DNA of 64,000 nt, from assembly GCA_044892525.1 (NCBI GenBank), contig CM097887.1:103146397-103210396 (forward strand), read 5' to 3'. This document shows positions 1-12,739 of this stretch, in pieces. The notes under the pieces are model-generated. The model had not been told where the DNA came from, made no database searches, and saw only the letters and a program-made list of their open reading frames with translations. This DNA is from Schmidtea polychroa (Eukaryota). A program made the translations under genes and the position numbers. The first letter of the stretch is position 1; every line of letters starts with the position of its first letter.

Positions 1-39
1 GATAAAAATAAAAGTCAACCGGCACTCTGTCAATGCAGT

Positions 40-1375
40 GATTGATTTAGGGGCAGGCGGTACTAAAATCGAGGCAAAAAGTCTAAACTAACAAGAATCA
101 AAATCGTACAATCGTATCATTAACAAGTTCAAATGGACCATCATTAAATATTATTGGGTCATTATCATCTCAGATTATACTATGTGATCAAAAGTTTCAC
201 CTCGACATCATAATGATTAGAAGTTTATGCTTATTGAAAATGGGCATTTTAAAAAGACTGAAAGGAGTCGTATTCGACTGTGCAACCAGATTGCTAATCA
301 GATCACGGGGAAAAAAGAGAACAATTTGCAATGATGATACAGTATAGATAGATCACACAACTATAATCCCACTTAGAGCAGAAACGGTATGTTTCGTAGC
401 CACAGGCAATAGTTGGAAAGGTGAAGTTGTATTCGAACCAGATGAGAAGTTCTGTGAGAAATGCAATGTCAATGTCAGAATATCAATTAGGGTAGCCAAC
501 GTGGACGTTAGACCAATACGTTTATACCCGGATACTATAGTGGGTAGGATATGGAAGCAAAAGATTTACAAGCCATTGGAGAAGGTTCAATACTTACAAT
601 AAAAGCGGAGCAAAGGGACCCAGATATTGAGTATTACGACACCCACCACGAATAGCAAGGCCCTCACGAGAAAAGAAAACATCCAAGTATATATGTTATT
701 AAGAAAATATGATCAAGTCTTCGCGAAACACGAGTATCATTTGGGAAAGACAAACTCACTAGAATACGAGATTGTTCTCACCAATACAAAACCCATAAAG
801 CTGAGACCTAACCGAATCGTATTCAGTCTGGAGAAATCTGTGGATAAGCAGGTGAAGTTGATGCTGAAACGGGATAATTAGACATAGTAAATTACCATAT
901 GATAGTGGTAGCAAAGAAAGACGGATCCGTACGTTTATGCAATGACTACCGCATGGTGAATGAAGCGACATGTAAGGATAGTCACCCATTGCTGTTATTA
1001 GACTACATTTATGGGCGAATGAGAAACGCGAAATGCTACAGCATCATTACGGAGCCTTAGGAGGACATCTGTCGGCCAGCAAAATGCTGTCATGGTTAAA
1101 ATAAAAATACTTTTGGCCAGCAATGAAACAAAAGACATGTAAGATCTGTATCACCCGAAGAAATAATGGAAAGTAACCGATGCCAGTACCATTAACACCC
1201 ATGGAAATGACGGCAATGGACGTATTATGATCATTCAAAGAATCCAATGGTGGAAACAAATACATATTAGTATTCTGTGACTACTTATCAAAATGGCTAA
1301 AAGCCTATTCGATGTGTCAAACCATGAAGCAGATACAATAGTCAGGATTTTTGTGGAACAAATAGTTTTGAGTAA
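40..1375 (+). mobile_element. Degenerate Ty3/gypsy pol relic (protease, partial RT, integrase) with stops, frameshifts and a large internal deletion
   Basis: Manual translation gives VIDLGAG (aspartic protease-like) near 40; ORF 627-881 YDQVFAKHEYHLGKTNSLEYEIVLTNTKPIKLRP (RT N-terminus); VVAKKDGSVRLCNDYRMVNEATCKDSHPL at ~905-990; then integrase GHLSASKML..KYFWPAMK..CKIC and GGNKYILVFCDYLSKWLKAY..EADTIVRIFVEQIV. Confidence 0.85.
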
Positions 1376-2769
1376 TCTGCTCAAAGGAATTAATGACTAT
1401 TTCGGCATTTTGAAATTGAATAATAGTAGTACAACATTATCTTTTAAGACGTTTGGGCACCTGCTACGTTTCTCGTTAGAAAATGATAGATGCTTAATTC
1501 GAAATGATATTCTAATTCACGCCATTAGTAAGATCATCGATTCAAGTAAGCAAAACACCTTCAATCCATGCCCTACTTTGTTCATTCACATCACATTATA
1601 ATTTATATAACTTTATTCACCATCACAACTATTATGACAACAATCTCATACAACATATTGCTCATTAAAATTAATCTAATAGCTATTAAATCTCTGTTCG
1701 ATCAAGGAGCAAATTTTTTGACAAGGAAAAATAAAAACAGTCTAGAAAAATCTAACTGTTAAATATTTGTCAATTTAATTATGGAAATGCCAAAAAAGGT
1801 CGAGAATGACTTATCTAGTCCATAACTATAGGTTTTATTTCTAATTGACTTACTTTTAATCATAAATCGATGTCACGCTGAACATATATTAAATGTATGA
1901 AATTTATATACAATGTTCAAAATAATAGATTCGTGTAATTTAAAATAAAAAATCAAATAAAACAAAACAATTTATTTAATGAATATATTTATCAAAAGCT
2001 TATTGCAAATCATAGAATACAAAATGAAAATATATAGAAAAAATCTCTACATGAGCTAAAATATAATATTAAGCAAAAACTCAAAAATAAATATAGATTC
2101 ATAAAATAGAGTAAATATTCTTGAGGATATGATTTATAGATATAATATTAATTTACAGCTTTAGCTTTTGGACTTCCGTATGTTTTAGGATATTTTCCTG
2201 TGGAATGTTTAGAATCGATAACTGAAATATAATAATATATTTTATTATTGCACATTTTGTACTTTCAGTCATAGATCTTTTAAGATGGGCTTCACCTGGA
2301 GTGTTTACGTAAGGTCTTACATCCGGTCCACCTGAACCGCAAGACTTCTGGTTAGCATTTTCTTCCATATCAGTCTTCGGTTTCAACATTCTAGTTTGAT
2401 TTAGTGATAAATCACTAGAAACTTTATGTAATTGCTTATTTCGATTAAAATACCTGTTCATGATCCTAGAATTTTTTCGAAAAGGAAAAATTAATAATTT
2501 TTCAATTAATATAAATTTAATGTTACAAATTTTACATGAAAATATCATTCGAAAAAGTTATCATTTTAGATTATTGCTGTTATATTAATGTATCTTTAAT
2601 TTAATGATTCATAAACAGTGAATTTATTAATAATTTTTATACAATTATTATATATCATTTCAAATTTTTAAAATAATATTTATATTTTTACTAACAATAA
2701 TTATATTCCATTTAAATTATTCTGATATAATATCACTTAAATTTACAGATTAAAACAATTTGTTTCTAC

Positions 2770-3200
2770 GATAACCATTTAAATGTTCAAGGGTTTCTCG
2801 TGGATTTGGCATCGAATATTCTCTAAATAACTTCATGTTTATTTTACTTTTGACCATCTGTGTTGGTAATGTACACAGTGGCTGAAAATCAATGAGCTGG
2901 TGAACTCCACTACTAGAAATACTCTTCGTTACATTTTAATTTTCGCGTTCTGGACTGCCGATAGAAGATCTGAAGTCACTTTTCATTTTTATCTCTTTCT
3001 TAGATTATTGTCCCTCCTTATTCAATTAGTTATGGTCCTCAATACTGGTTGTTATTCAATGTTACCTTCGAAAATTTTGCGCAGGGATTCACCCTTATTT
3101 CCCATTTTATAAATGTTGTCCTAAATTTCTACAATAATTGATGTTATTCAGTGTGATCTTCAAAAAATTTGAACAGGGATCTGCCTATATTTCTAATTCT
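2770..3200. repeat. Dispersed repeat family A, copy 1 (contains two 36-nt cores, 92-nt period)
   Basis: Shares ccatctg..gtacaca(g/a)tggc, ttctggactgccgatagaag and aaaattttgcgcagggat..cccttattt blocks with 8845-9935; cores at 3066-3101 and 3158-3193. Confidence 0.8.
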
Positions 3201-5559
3201 GACCTGTGCGGAATCTAATCACTAACTCCCCAAGACAGTCTTTTAACTGTTGGGCTAGAACTGATTTCTAGACCCAAAATACTAATTGTGACTGAAATGC
3301 GTAGGTACACAGCAAGTAAAAAAGCACCAAGTATAGTTAAATATTAAAACCTACACCAAATAAACAATATTAACTAAAGGAGAAAGCAACAAAAACATAA
3401 ACAAAGAAATTAAATAAAAATTATACAAAAGCAAGAAGTGATGCAAAAATCTAACTCAAAAATAACCAAATAAACACAGAGTTACAAAAAACAGACTCGA
3501 ATAACTTAAAAGACGATAAAAACAGTAAAACATTCCAGAAAAACCCAGAACATTCTATAAAAATGGCGATGACCATCACAAAAGTCATCTAGAACAACAA
3601 AAGTTAAGGAAAATAAATAAATTAGTATTAAAAATAAAAAATCTCAAAAAGAATTCATAAAAACATCAGTTAAAATAAAAATTAAATTAAAAGTAAAATA
3701 GAATGTTCTGGAACCGTTCCAAATCCATCATGGACGTAAAATTAATGAAAAATAATTAAAAAATAAAAATATAAAAATAAAAACAAAAATTATGGCACAA
3801 AAATTGCCATTAAAAATAGCAAAATCGTAAAATAGAAAATTCTGGAATAAAAAGAATTCGAGTTTGTTTTAATGCATCAATACATACACGTGTACAAAAT
3901 AGGTATATATACTGACGCGTTTCAGTCAGAATTAACCATTATTTTATGCCAAAATTTTTGTGTCAACAAAATATCAACAGTGAGTACGATTGATTCATTT
4001 TATCTATTATTATTTTATTTTATTATTATGTATTGTTGTCTCAACTATGTTAAGCTATTAAAATGTTTTATATTTTGAATTTGTTTAACTAAAGTTTTTT
4101 TTTGATGTACGAATGTTCAACGGCGTACCGGTATTCCTGCGTCGTTGTTCAGTCCTGCATTTAATTTTTGAATTCGATTTCACATGCACACATACATTAT
4201 TTATATTATACTAATCACTTATTATATGGCTCTTTTTGTGTTCGGGTCCTTCGGAGGTCGAACTACTTCATGGTCCTGCCATGGAGTTAGGTCGAGGAAA
4301 ACCTTCGTCTGACTCTTTGTATTTATGTAAGGTCGACCGTAAATGGTTGACTCAACACATAACACTACGGTTTGTGGAAGTGGTCACAGTGGGGCCATGG
4401 AAGCAATATTCTTCCCGACTCATTACGTAATATACAATTAAACTCAACACTTAAAATTCTGAACAAATAACTCCACACTAAGGTCTTAATCTGAGTAGAA
4501 CTCATACTTAAATTGACACAATTATACAAATCACAGCAATGTAGATGGTTGATCAGTTATGCTTAGACATATGCCGAATTGGGTTTTCGTAACAGTCGTT
4601 TATAGTAATCAGAGTAATGGAAAGGTTAAAGATATTCGGCATACGTGTAAGTATAACATAATCTAGTTAAGTCTTCGAATCAATATAACTGTAAATATTC
4701 CGGACCCCAAAAAATTAAGTTGCGAAATCCCATCTTAACATACTTATAAGTACTCGGTTGTAATAATCTTTTATGTTGATTATAAAACTACAGGTGATAA
4801 ATGACTATGTCGTTGTAGGTACGAATTATAGCCAGAGAATATAAATTAGGAATTCAGAAATTGAGGTATAAATCGGGAATGGTAATGACCAATCTCCTAA
4901 TGTAAAAAGTCAATCAACTTGAAACTAGTTATACATAGATATACTGCAACTCTGAAGTGATAAAATGATACCCAGAAATCGGTAAGACAATGTTGATAAT
5001 AGAAAGGGAAGTTAGAAAGAAGTATACCAAGCTGACCAAAAATTAGAACTCAAAAATATGAAATTATAAATTAGGAATACCGAATTACAAATTGTAAATC
5101 ATAAAGCCTAAAATTTTAAATCAGAAAATATAAAATCATAAATGGTAGAATATCGAATTATAACTTATAAGATATAAAATTATAATTTACGAAATATAAA
5201 TGGATAAATTATAAAATATGAAATTTTTAATTGTAAACGATAAAATTATAAATTATAAAATATCAATTCCTAAATTACAAAATATAAAAATTATGAATTG
5301 CAAAATAAAAATTTATAAACTATAAAACTTAAATTTGCAAGTTATAAAATATAAAATTATAAATTATAATTACCTATAAACTATAACCACCTATATATTA
5401 CTTAACAAAATGGTATAAATATAGAGTATGAAAAAACTAGAATTAATACTTAACTTAGAAATTTCGAAATATATATAGTTACAATAAGCTTACCTCTAAG
5501 TACAAAAATCCCTTTAAGATTATAAAATAACTGTAAAATTGTTGTAATTCTTAATATCA

Positions 5560-6170
5560 TCACTAGGATATCTATTAATATTACTAATATTATTAGTATT
5601 ACCATTATCACTAGTATCTTTATTATCCCTATTCGTATCATTATTATTACTATTAGTACTATCATTATTATTAATATGATCACTATTATTATTATTACTA
5701 TTCTTACTATTATTATTGCTATTATTGTTAATATTATCACTANNNNNNNNNNNNNNNNNNNNNNNNNNNNNNNNNNNNNNNNNNNNNNNNNNNNNNNNNN
5801 NNNNNNNNNNNNNNNNNNNNNNNNNNNNNNNNNNNNNNNNNNNNNNNNNNNNNNNNNNNNNNNNNNNNNNNNNNNNNNNNNNNNNNNNNNNNNNNNNNNN
5901 NNNNNNNNNNNNNNNNNNNNNNNNNNNNNNNNNNNNNNNNNNNNNNNNNNNNNNNNNNNNNNNNNNATCATGATTATTATTATGATCGATATTATTATTA
6001 TTATTAATCTCGTTATCATTACTATCCTCATTACGACCATTATTATTATCATTATCCTTATTATTATTATCGTTACCATGGTTATTATTGTTATCCCGGT
6101 TGTTGCTATTAGTACTATTAACGATAAGTTATATACGACTTGACTATTATTACTACTAATACTGCCCATA
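5560..6170. repeat. Degenerate (ATT/ACT/ATC)n trinucleotide low-complexity array spanning an assembly gap
   Basis: attattact-type repeats on both sides of the N-run 5742-5967; the poly-Ile ORFs here are by-products. Confidence 0.9.
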
Positions 6171-6194
6171 ATATATATAATTGAATTGTAGATA

Positions 6195-6197
<3 letters not shown>

Positions 6198-6232
<35 letters not shown>
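6198..6232. repeat. (TA)n microsatellite
   Basis: Perfect TA run of ~17 units. Confidence 0.95.
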
Positions 6233-6233
<1 letters not shown>

Positions 6234-6417
6234 TTAGTCATGGTGGAATATATTAGTAAATGCATAAATATTATACTGATTATATAGTATCATTATTACT
6301 ACTTATAAAAATCAATATCCCAATCTGATATTGATTTTAGGATTTCCCCAATAAATTAAATATAGAAACAACCCTTTGAGCCAATCAGAGGGATCAGAAT
6401 TCGGAAAAACTATTTTT

Positions 6418-6443
6418 AGCAACACCCCCCCCCCCCTCTGGGA
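6418..6443 (-). mobile_element. Putative polypurine tract followed by an LTR 5' edge (TGTTGCT) of a minus-strand LTR element
   Basis: Plus strand agcaaca-C12-tctggg reads on the minus strand AGA-G12 immediately followed by TGTTG, the PPT/3'-LTR arrangement; the far LTR end was not identified. Confidence 0.5.
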
Positions 6444-7189
6444 GAATGCTATCATTATTCAAGCCACCTAGGGATGTGAATAAGGGGGTAGGATCAGCTA
6501 TGCAAGTTAACACTGAACATATAATCAAACTTAAGTTTTATCAAATCAACCTAAACGAGAAATTTTATTCATCAAATTGCCTTGAATAATAGAGTACTGT
6601 ACACCCGGGTTATAAATGCCAAGCACCATGATTTTCACCTAAGAACGAGAAGCCGAACTCCAGGAGCTGAATCTCTAACTCTCCAGCTGAAAAACGATCG
6701 CCAAATTGTCCCTAAATAAAACACATACGATGAAAGAATAAATTACCCCAAATGCATCGACGATGATTTTACCACTTATAACGAATACAACCAGGGGAAG
6801 AGTAAGTGGGCAAGAGACTGAGCTCGTCACTAGTACCCTTCGCCTGACGTAATCGCATTTAGTGGAAATATTCACATCTACGGAAAATTACCTAAAATTT
6901 TCAAAAATTTTAACTTATAAAATTCAAATTACCAACTAGTGATAAATAAATGACGAATGATTAAATTAATAATTTAAAACAAAACCATTTTTTTTGAGAT
7001 GTTCGGATCGGGTATGGATTTTCTGATGTTAACACTTAACTCTAATGAATTTTTATTTAATTAAAAAGTATATCAATAGATTAAATAAAATTTGGTCATG
7101 TGAGGAGGATTTATATTAATTATAATAAATTTAGTAGTATAATAAATTTAGTAGTTAAGTACTATTGATTTTGAACAAAAACTTTCTGT

Positions 7190-7624
7190 ATGTTTGTTAT
7201 GACATCTATTTATAAGCCACGTTGGCTACGAGCGGGCCTTAATATTCATATTATAGACATGTCGCAATCGAGCTCTAGCAGTGACGAGAATACTGACCAT
7301 CAGATGATCACCCGTCTCCGGACCCGGTACATCTGGCACCATATACATCGGTGGGGTCAGGGAAGGGACCTGGACTGCGCAGATAGAGTGATCCGGACGG
7401 GCCCCGAAGTAGATGCCCCGGCATGGGTGAAGGTGGAGCCGGGGAATAACCGGTTACAGGAGGCCCGAGATCAAGCAGCCTGGGAGGTGGAAGCCGCTCA
7501 GATGCGACTCAAGAAGATCGAGATGCAAATCAAGGCGGAAAAGGAGGGAGTGCCTCTGGAAGAATTGGAAGAGGTCGAGGCACCCCCGAGAAAGAGGGGA
7601 AGGCACCGCAAGCACCCCGCGTAA
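7190..7624 (+). CDS. Orphan GC-rich ORF (144 aa; 121 aa from ATG 7259) with a charged helical segment and basic NLS-like tail PPRKRGRHRK
   Basis: Open frame with visibly much higher GC than the flanks; no recognisable domain. Confidence 0.45.
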   Translation: MFVMTSIYKPRWLRAGLNIHIIDMSQSSSSSDENTDHQMITRLRTRYIWHHIHRWGQGRDLDCADRVIRTGPEVDAPAWVKVEPGNNRLQEARDQAAWEVEAAQMRLKKIEMQIKAEKEGVPLEELEEVEAPPRKRGRHRKHPA

Positions 7625-7785
7625 TTGTGAGAGGACAATTCGCTCGACATTGACAATTTGTTTTATATGAACTAATTATTAGGAATCTGCTGTGTTTTAT
7701 TTTATCTTTTAATTTTGTATTAATAGACGTCGGGTGTTTATTCTCGAATAAAGTATTCTTATGTGTTTTGTAAATCATTTGATAG

Positions 7786-8372
7786 ATGGGGTGGTATAAG
7801 GATGCCCTAGTAGGAAATGTTAACATTAATTCATTGATTTTAATATTTATCGTTCTAACTTTATTGTTGGGTGTAATGGGAACTAATGAATTTCCTCTTT
7901 AGTGTACAAGCTAATGGAAAATCTCCGGAAGGATCGGGAGCAGGCCCAGCACCAAGCCGACGAACTCCGGGTCCGGGTGGACAAGTTGAAGGGAAAATGT
8001 CGAGAGTTCGAAGGGACCTGGTTTAGTCCCGAAGCAATGAAAAAGAAAACCGCCCAGATCCTCCAGCTGCAAACGCAGGCCGCCCAAGACCAAATGGAGA
8101 TCCGCGCCCTGAAGCTACAGGTGCGGGCGCTCGAAACTGAGAAAAACGAGCAGTTGGTACAAGGGGCCATAGCCAGACATATACGGCCACTGGCTGTGGA
8201 CCTCGCAACTATATATCCCCCAGCCGCTGAAAATAAGCCCAAAAGGAAACGGCTTGGCCGAAATATTCGGGAGAAATTGAAGAAAGCTACGCTGGCCGAA
8301 TACGAGCGGCAAGCAAATTCGTCACCAGCAGCCACGACGAAATTGGCCAGTCCTACCAATAAGCCTGTTTGA
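7786..8372 (+). CDS. 38-aa hydrophobic ORF (7786-7902) abutting a GC-rich coiled-coil ORF (7902/7914-8372); possibly one gene split by a 1-nt indel or by splicing
   Basis: 7786-7902 translates MGWYKDALVGNVNINSLILIFIVLTLLLGVMGTNEFPL*; the next ORF (-1 frame, open from 7890) is heptad-rich (LRVRVDKLKGK, IRALKLQVRALETEKNE) with basic KPKRKRLGR. ttcctctttAG at 7901-7902 could also be a splice acceptor. Confidence 0.5.
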
Positions 8373-8844
8373 ACTTATATTCGGTTTTAGGTGTTTTGTA
8401 GTATATTTGTGTATTGTTGTAGTCTTCAAATAATATGTTCCTTATTAAAATAATGCACATTTTGTAGTGATAAAATAATGACTAGTATAGTTTATGATTG
8501 CCTGGAAAATGAGAGTTTGTGCATAAGGTTGGGAAAACAATTTTGATAAAGGGACCTGAGAAATCGGACGCACGCCTTCTATCGGTAGTCCGTGAACCCA
8601 TGGAGTGCTCGACAATTATAGTGCTTTGATGCGCTCACTTTTTGCGAGTACTCAACCCTTGGTACAGTACCAACGTTTATCACTCAACGGGTACCAAGCG
8701 GAAAAACAACGTTGTATTCTGGGTTAAGCTGGTAACAGCACTCAAACATTCAACCACCAGTAACCCACCATAACATATTTATTGTATATGTTGGCGCTTA
8801 GGTTTGTGTCATTTTATTTTTAAATGTGTTATTATAGATGGTTA

Positions 8845-9935
8845 ATTGACTCTTTCCCAAACGCCTTCATGACTATTGTACTTTAGACCAGGGGTCCTCA
8901 AACTGTTTTAAATAGGGACCCACTAGCCAGAAACCAGAAACTTGGCGACCCAATACAATTTTTTTCCTTCTTTTGCAATCAACTTTATATTTAGCAACTC
9001 CGACTAAAATATTTTCCCATTAAACGTATTTTAATTCTTTCAAAATTTTGCTAACAAAGTTTATTATTAAAGATAATTATTACAATTAATTATTCGAAAT
9101 AAAAGAATAAATTTAAAAAACACAGTTGCATTCTAGAATAAATTTAGCATATTAATGAGATGGGTGAGCTTGCATATTGCTGACTAGCTTATCTATGCGT
9201 GGTTTTATTTTTGACAAACAGAGTCGCAAATCATTAGATACATTGAGACGGTTTCTGTATTTTGTTTTTATAGCAGTCATAGCAGAAAATCCTGATTCGC
9301 ATAGATATGTTGTCGTAAATGGCAACAACACGTTTACTGCTCTTTCACACAACCCAGTATATTTTTTTGAAGTATTAAGCCAAAAGTTTGTGACGTAGTT
9401 TGTTTCATTTTTTTACATCTCGCGACCCACATGGGAAGTTTCCACGACCCACGTGCCGGTCACGACCCATGGTTTAAAAATAGATGCTTTAGACCATCTG
9501 TGTACCCATGGCGACGACCATGTTGGTGCTGTACACAATGGCAGAAAATCCATGAGCAGATGAGCTCTATTGCTAAACCTACTCCTCATTGTATTTTCTT
9601 TTCGGGTTCTGGACTGCCGATAGAAGGTCTTACGTCATTATTTAGTATTTATTCTATTGTTCGATTATCGTCATGTCTTCATTTAACTATTGTCCCCATT
9701 ACTAGACGTTGTAAATTGTTATCTTCCAAAATTTTGCGCAGGGATCCGCCCTTATTTTTCTGTTAATAAATCTTGCTCTGATTTCCTGCAATGTTTGTGA
9801 ATATTTAACTTATCGTCCAAAATATTTGAGCAGGGATCGGCCCTTATTTCCAAGTTAATAGATGTCGTTCCACACTTCCCATAATATTTAAATTATTCTT
9901 CAAAAAATTTGAGCAGGGATCTGCCTGTATTTCTA
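8845..9935. repeat. Dispersed repeat family A, copy 2 (interrupted by the Buster element; three 36-nt cores)
   Basis: Homology to 2770-3200 and reverse 36430-36625 resumes on both sides of the hAT insertion; cores at 9723-9758, 9815-9850, 9898-9933. Confidence 0.8.
8889..9486 (-). mobile_element. Internally deleted hAT (Buster/Charlie-type) DNA transposon retaining the transposase C-terminal dimerisation segment
   Basis: 8-bp TSD ctttagac at 8881-8888 and 9487-9494; left TIR CAGGGGTCCTCAAACT, right end degenerate; minus ORF 9152-9352 LLPFTTTYLCESGFSAMTAIKTKYRNRL..QAHPSH is the typical Buster-type transposase end. Confidence 0.92.
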
Positions 9936-12739
9936 GTTCTAACCAGTGTTTCACTAAAGTTTCTTCCAGCGACAAACCCGTGGAGAAGCTTCCACATTTC
10001 GACCCAAAATCAACTGAGTGATAGAAAAAAATCAATTTACTATCAATTATCCAATTTATTAATATTTTATTTTCTAATTGACAGGTTTTTTAAATGCGAC
10101 ATTTCTGCTAACTGTGTTGGTAATTGCAACTTTTTGCGTTTCTTGATTCTATTATACATGTTTTACTTATTCTCAATGTGCTATGCACTTTATTCTGTAC
10201 TACTCGGCGCATGATCATGGATCTCAACTCAACTTGGTGCTGTTTTCATGTTATGTATTTTCGATTCATCAAAACAAACTCTCAATCTTCGGTTCTATCC
10301 CAACATAAAATATATGTCGCTTTAGTTTGATTTTTCTTAACCAACACCTCAGAATATCTGACACACTCATGACACGTACATTCTGGACGGGTTTGTGCAG
10401 GGTTTCCTCGCCAAGATGACTCGTTGGTATCGCTCTTTTCTATCCTAGCGGGTTCTCCGATTTCACTGATCGGGCTTAAGCTGGACAGATCCGTCTCCTC
10501 CGCTATACTCGGATTCCGAACAGTAATAACTGTCAAACCATGCTGAGTATCAAGCGAAGACCCGACCTGTTGGGGTAGAGTCCGCTCGGCCGGTTTACCG
10601 ATGGACTGATTAATGACCTCCCTAAACGCTTCTTAAACCCCAGAGAAAGTTCCACTTTTGGCTTTCCTCTTGAATTTCCCTTCATATCCAACTGGTCGGC
10701 ATACTCATTTTTGGGGATTCTCGGAAAATATGGTTAAGTTTTATAGAAATAAACAATGAAAAGAACAACAAAAATTAAATCAAACATTAATTATTTATTA
10801 GCTTAAAAATTACTTTATAAAGAAAACTAAACTTAACACCAAGGCATAAAATTCATAATCACCGAAAAACTGAGAGCTAGTAAACAAATTCGCAAGTTGA
10901 CAAATTTTTAACTAGTTGACCGGTTAACAAAACAAGTTGAAAAAATGAATTTTCAGTCGGTATTTATACTTATTTGCTGAAATTCAGGCCAATCAGAATG
11001 CAGGTCATTTTGATTGACTGATCACACATACACGAGTTCTGCCAGATTTAATTTGCGTGAATTTGTATTTAATTTATTGTTTTAAACAATTGTATAAACA
11101 ATTTTATTTTTATATTTCATTTCATTATTTCTTTATCAATTTTAATTGGGATTTTTTTATAATTCTTTTTTAATAATTTCTTTTTTAAATAAGTTTTTTC
11201 TGTTCTTTTTCTTAAATTCTGCACTCTTTTTCATAGCTACTTTGTATGTAAATAGGAGCATTAGCATTCCTAATTAATTTAATTATGGTCATTCGTATGT
11301 ATAAATACGACCAATAATCATTCTTAATTTTTTATATTATTAATTAATTATTTTATTTATTATTCTTTTATTTTCAGTTGGCAGATTTTCAACTGCGTTT
11401 TTTCTCTATTAACTATGTTGGTGATTTCAACTTCTTGCATTTATCAATTTTATTATACGTGTGTTGGGCTTTGGCTCGTGCAAAGTGTGAGTTTATTAAC
11501 CGTATAGAGGCTAGGATAATAAGTATAGAATATATACGTTGAAAAAATAGAAGAAGAAAATAATTTTCTGCTAATATCGATTCGGATTAATAGCAATAAA
11601 GATAATATCACTTGAGCTGAAAATCAATTTTGATTAACAGCAGGAAAAAAGGAGAGGAAATTATTCATTAACTCCACTGACAAAGAAAACGATTGCCAGC
11701 TGTGCAAAGAAATTCATTGTTTAATACTAAAGAATAAAACCAGCTGTTGCCTCGGAAATTTTGTATTTAAAGCAAGACAAAAGTTAATCAGACAGTCAAT
11801 TTTTGCTCAAGCATTTCTGCTTCGACAAAAATAATCAGAAACACTAAAAGCTATATAAGCTTGTTTGGAAAGTACATAAAATTCTTAACCATAAGGTTAT
11901 TTGAATTTTATTTTATTTAATTAATAAACTCAACTGCACAATCCAACCACGAGAAGCAGCATTTCTGCCTGACTTACTCGGTGGATACAAAATTTAAGAG
12001 GGTAATATCTAGGTAACGGTAGATCGAGCTTGGTCTACACGATCGCGCAAAATTAGGGAATTCCCTCATCTTGTCCCATTCTTTTATACAGCGCTGTGAG
12101 GCATTAGTTCCAGCGTTTGTGCTTTATCTGAGGACGGTTCGAATAACTGAATTTTTTGCTTAGAGTTATGCGACATTTTTGAGAAACATATTTATTACTT
12201 TTGTATATTTGTGCATAGTTGATAAAGTTCTTTATATTCACGTCTTATTTAATTCATATTAAATTACTTATAATTACAAGCACATATTTTGTATTGATAT
12301 CTTTGAAGTCAGATATAATCTGTGTTAGGAAGAATCGATCCACCTGATCGGAACCTGAAACTTGTTTTATTTATTCTCATTGTGTTGTGTACTTTACTTT
12401 GTATTAATTGATCTATAATCATAGAATTTGATTCAACTTTGTGTGGTTTTCATGTTATGTATTTCGGACTCATTAAAACAAGCTCTCAATTTTTTTGGCT
12501 CTAGCCCAATACATGAAATAAAAATAGAAAATTGGAATATCTTAATTAGAAACATCAAGTGGTTAAGAGCTTTTAAACAGGTGCAACTCCTATATTACTA
12601 TTTCTGTTTGCAAGTATAATTATATGCTGAAACCCTTACTTATTCATTAAATATTATTTTAGAAAGACTCAAATAAATTAACCCTTTGTTTAAATATTAT
12701 TGAACTAAAATAAGCATTATATGAATTAAGCATTAGAAG

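Noticed and set aside
2153-2548. 131-aa minus-strand ORF
   Set aside because: No recognisable motif or confident splice partners; cannot be supported as a gene.
4239-4594. Segment bounded by TGTTCGG...CGTAACA resembling a solo LTR
   Set aside because: No target-site duplication, second copy, PBS or PPT found.
5450-6265. Long Ile/Tyr-rich ORFs (also 18869-19432, 26847-27092 and all ORFs containing X runs)
   Set aside because: Produced by trinucleotide or TA microsatellites and N-gaps, not coding signal.
9723-9933. Repeat-spacer-repeat pattern resembling a CRISPR array (36-nt core, 47-56-nt linkers)
   Set aside because: Only 2-3 units, linkers are homologous to one another, cores are degenerate, no cas genes, eukaryotic context; it is a tandem repeat within a dispersed family.
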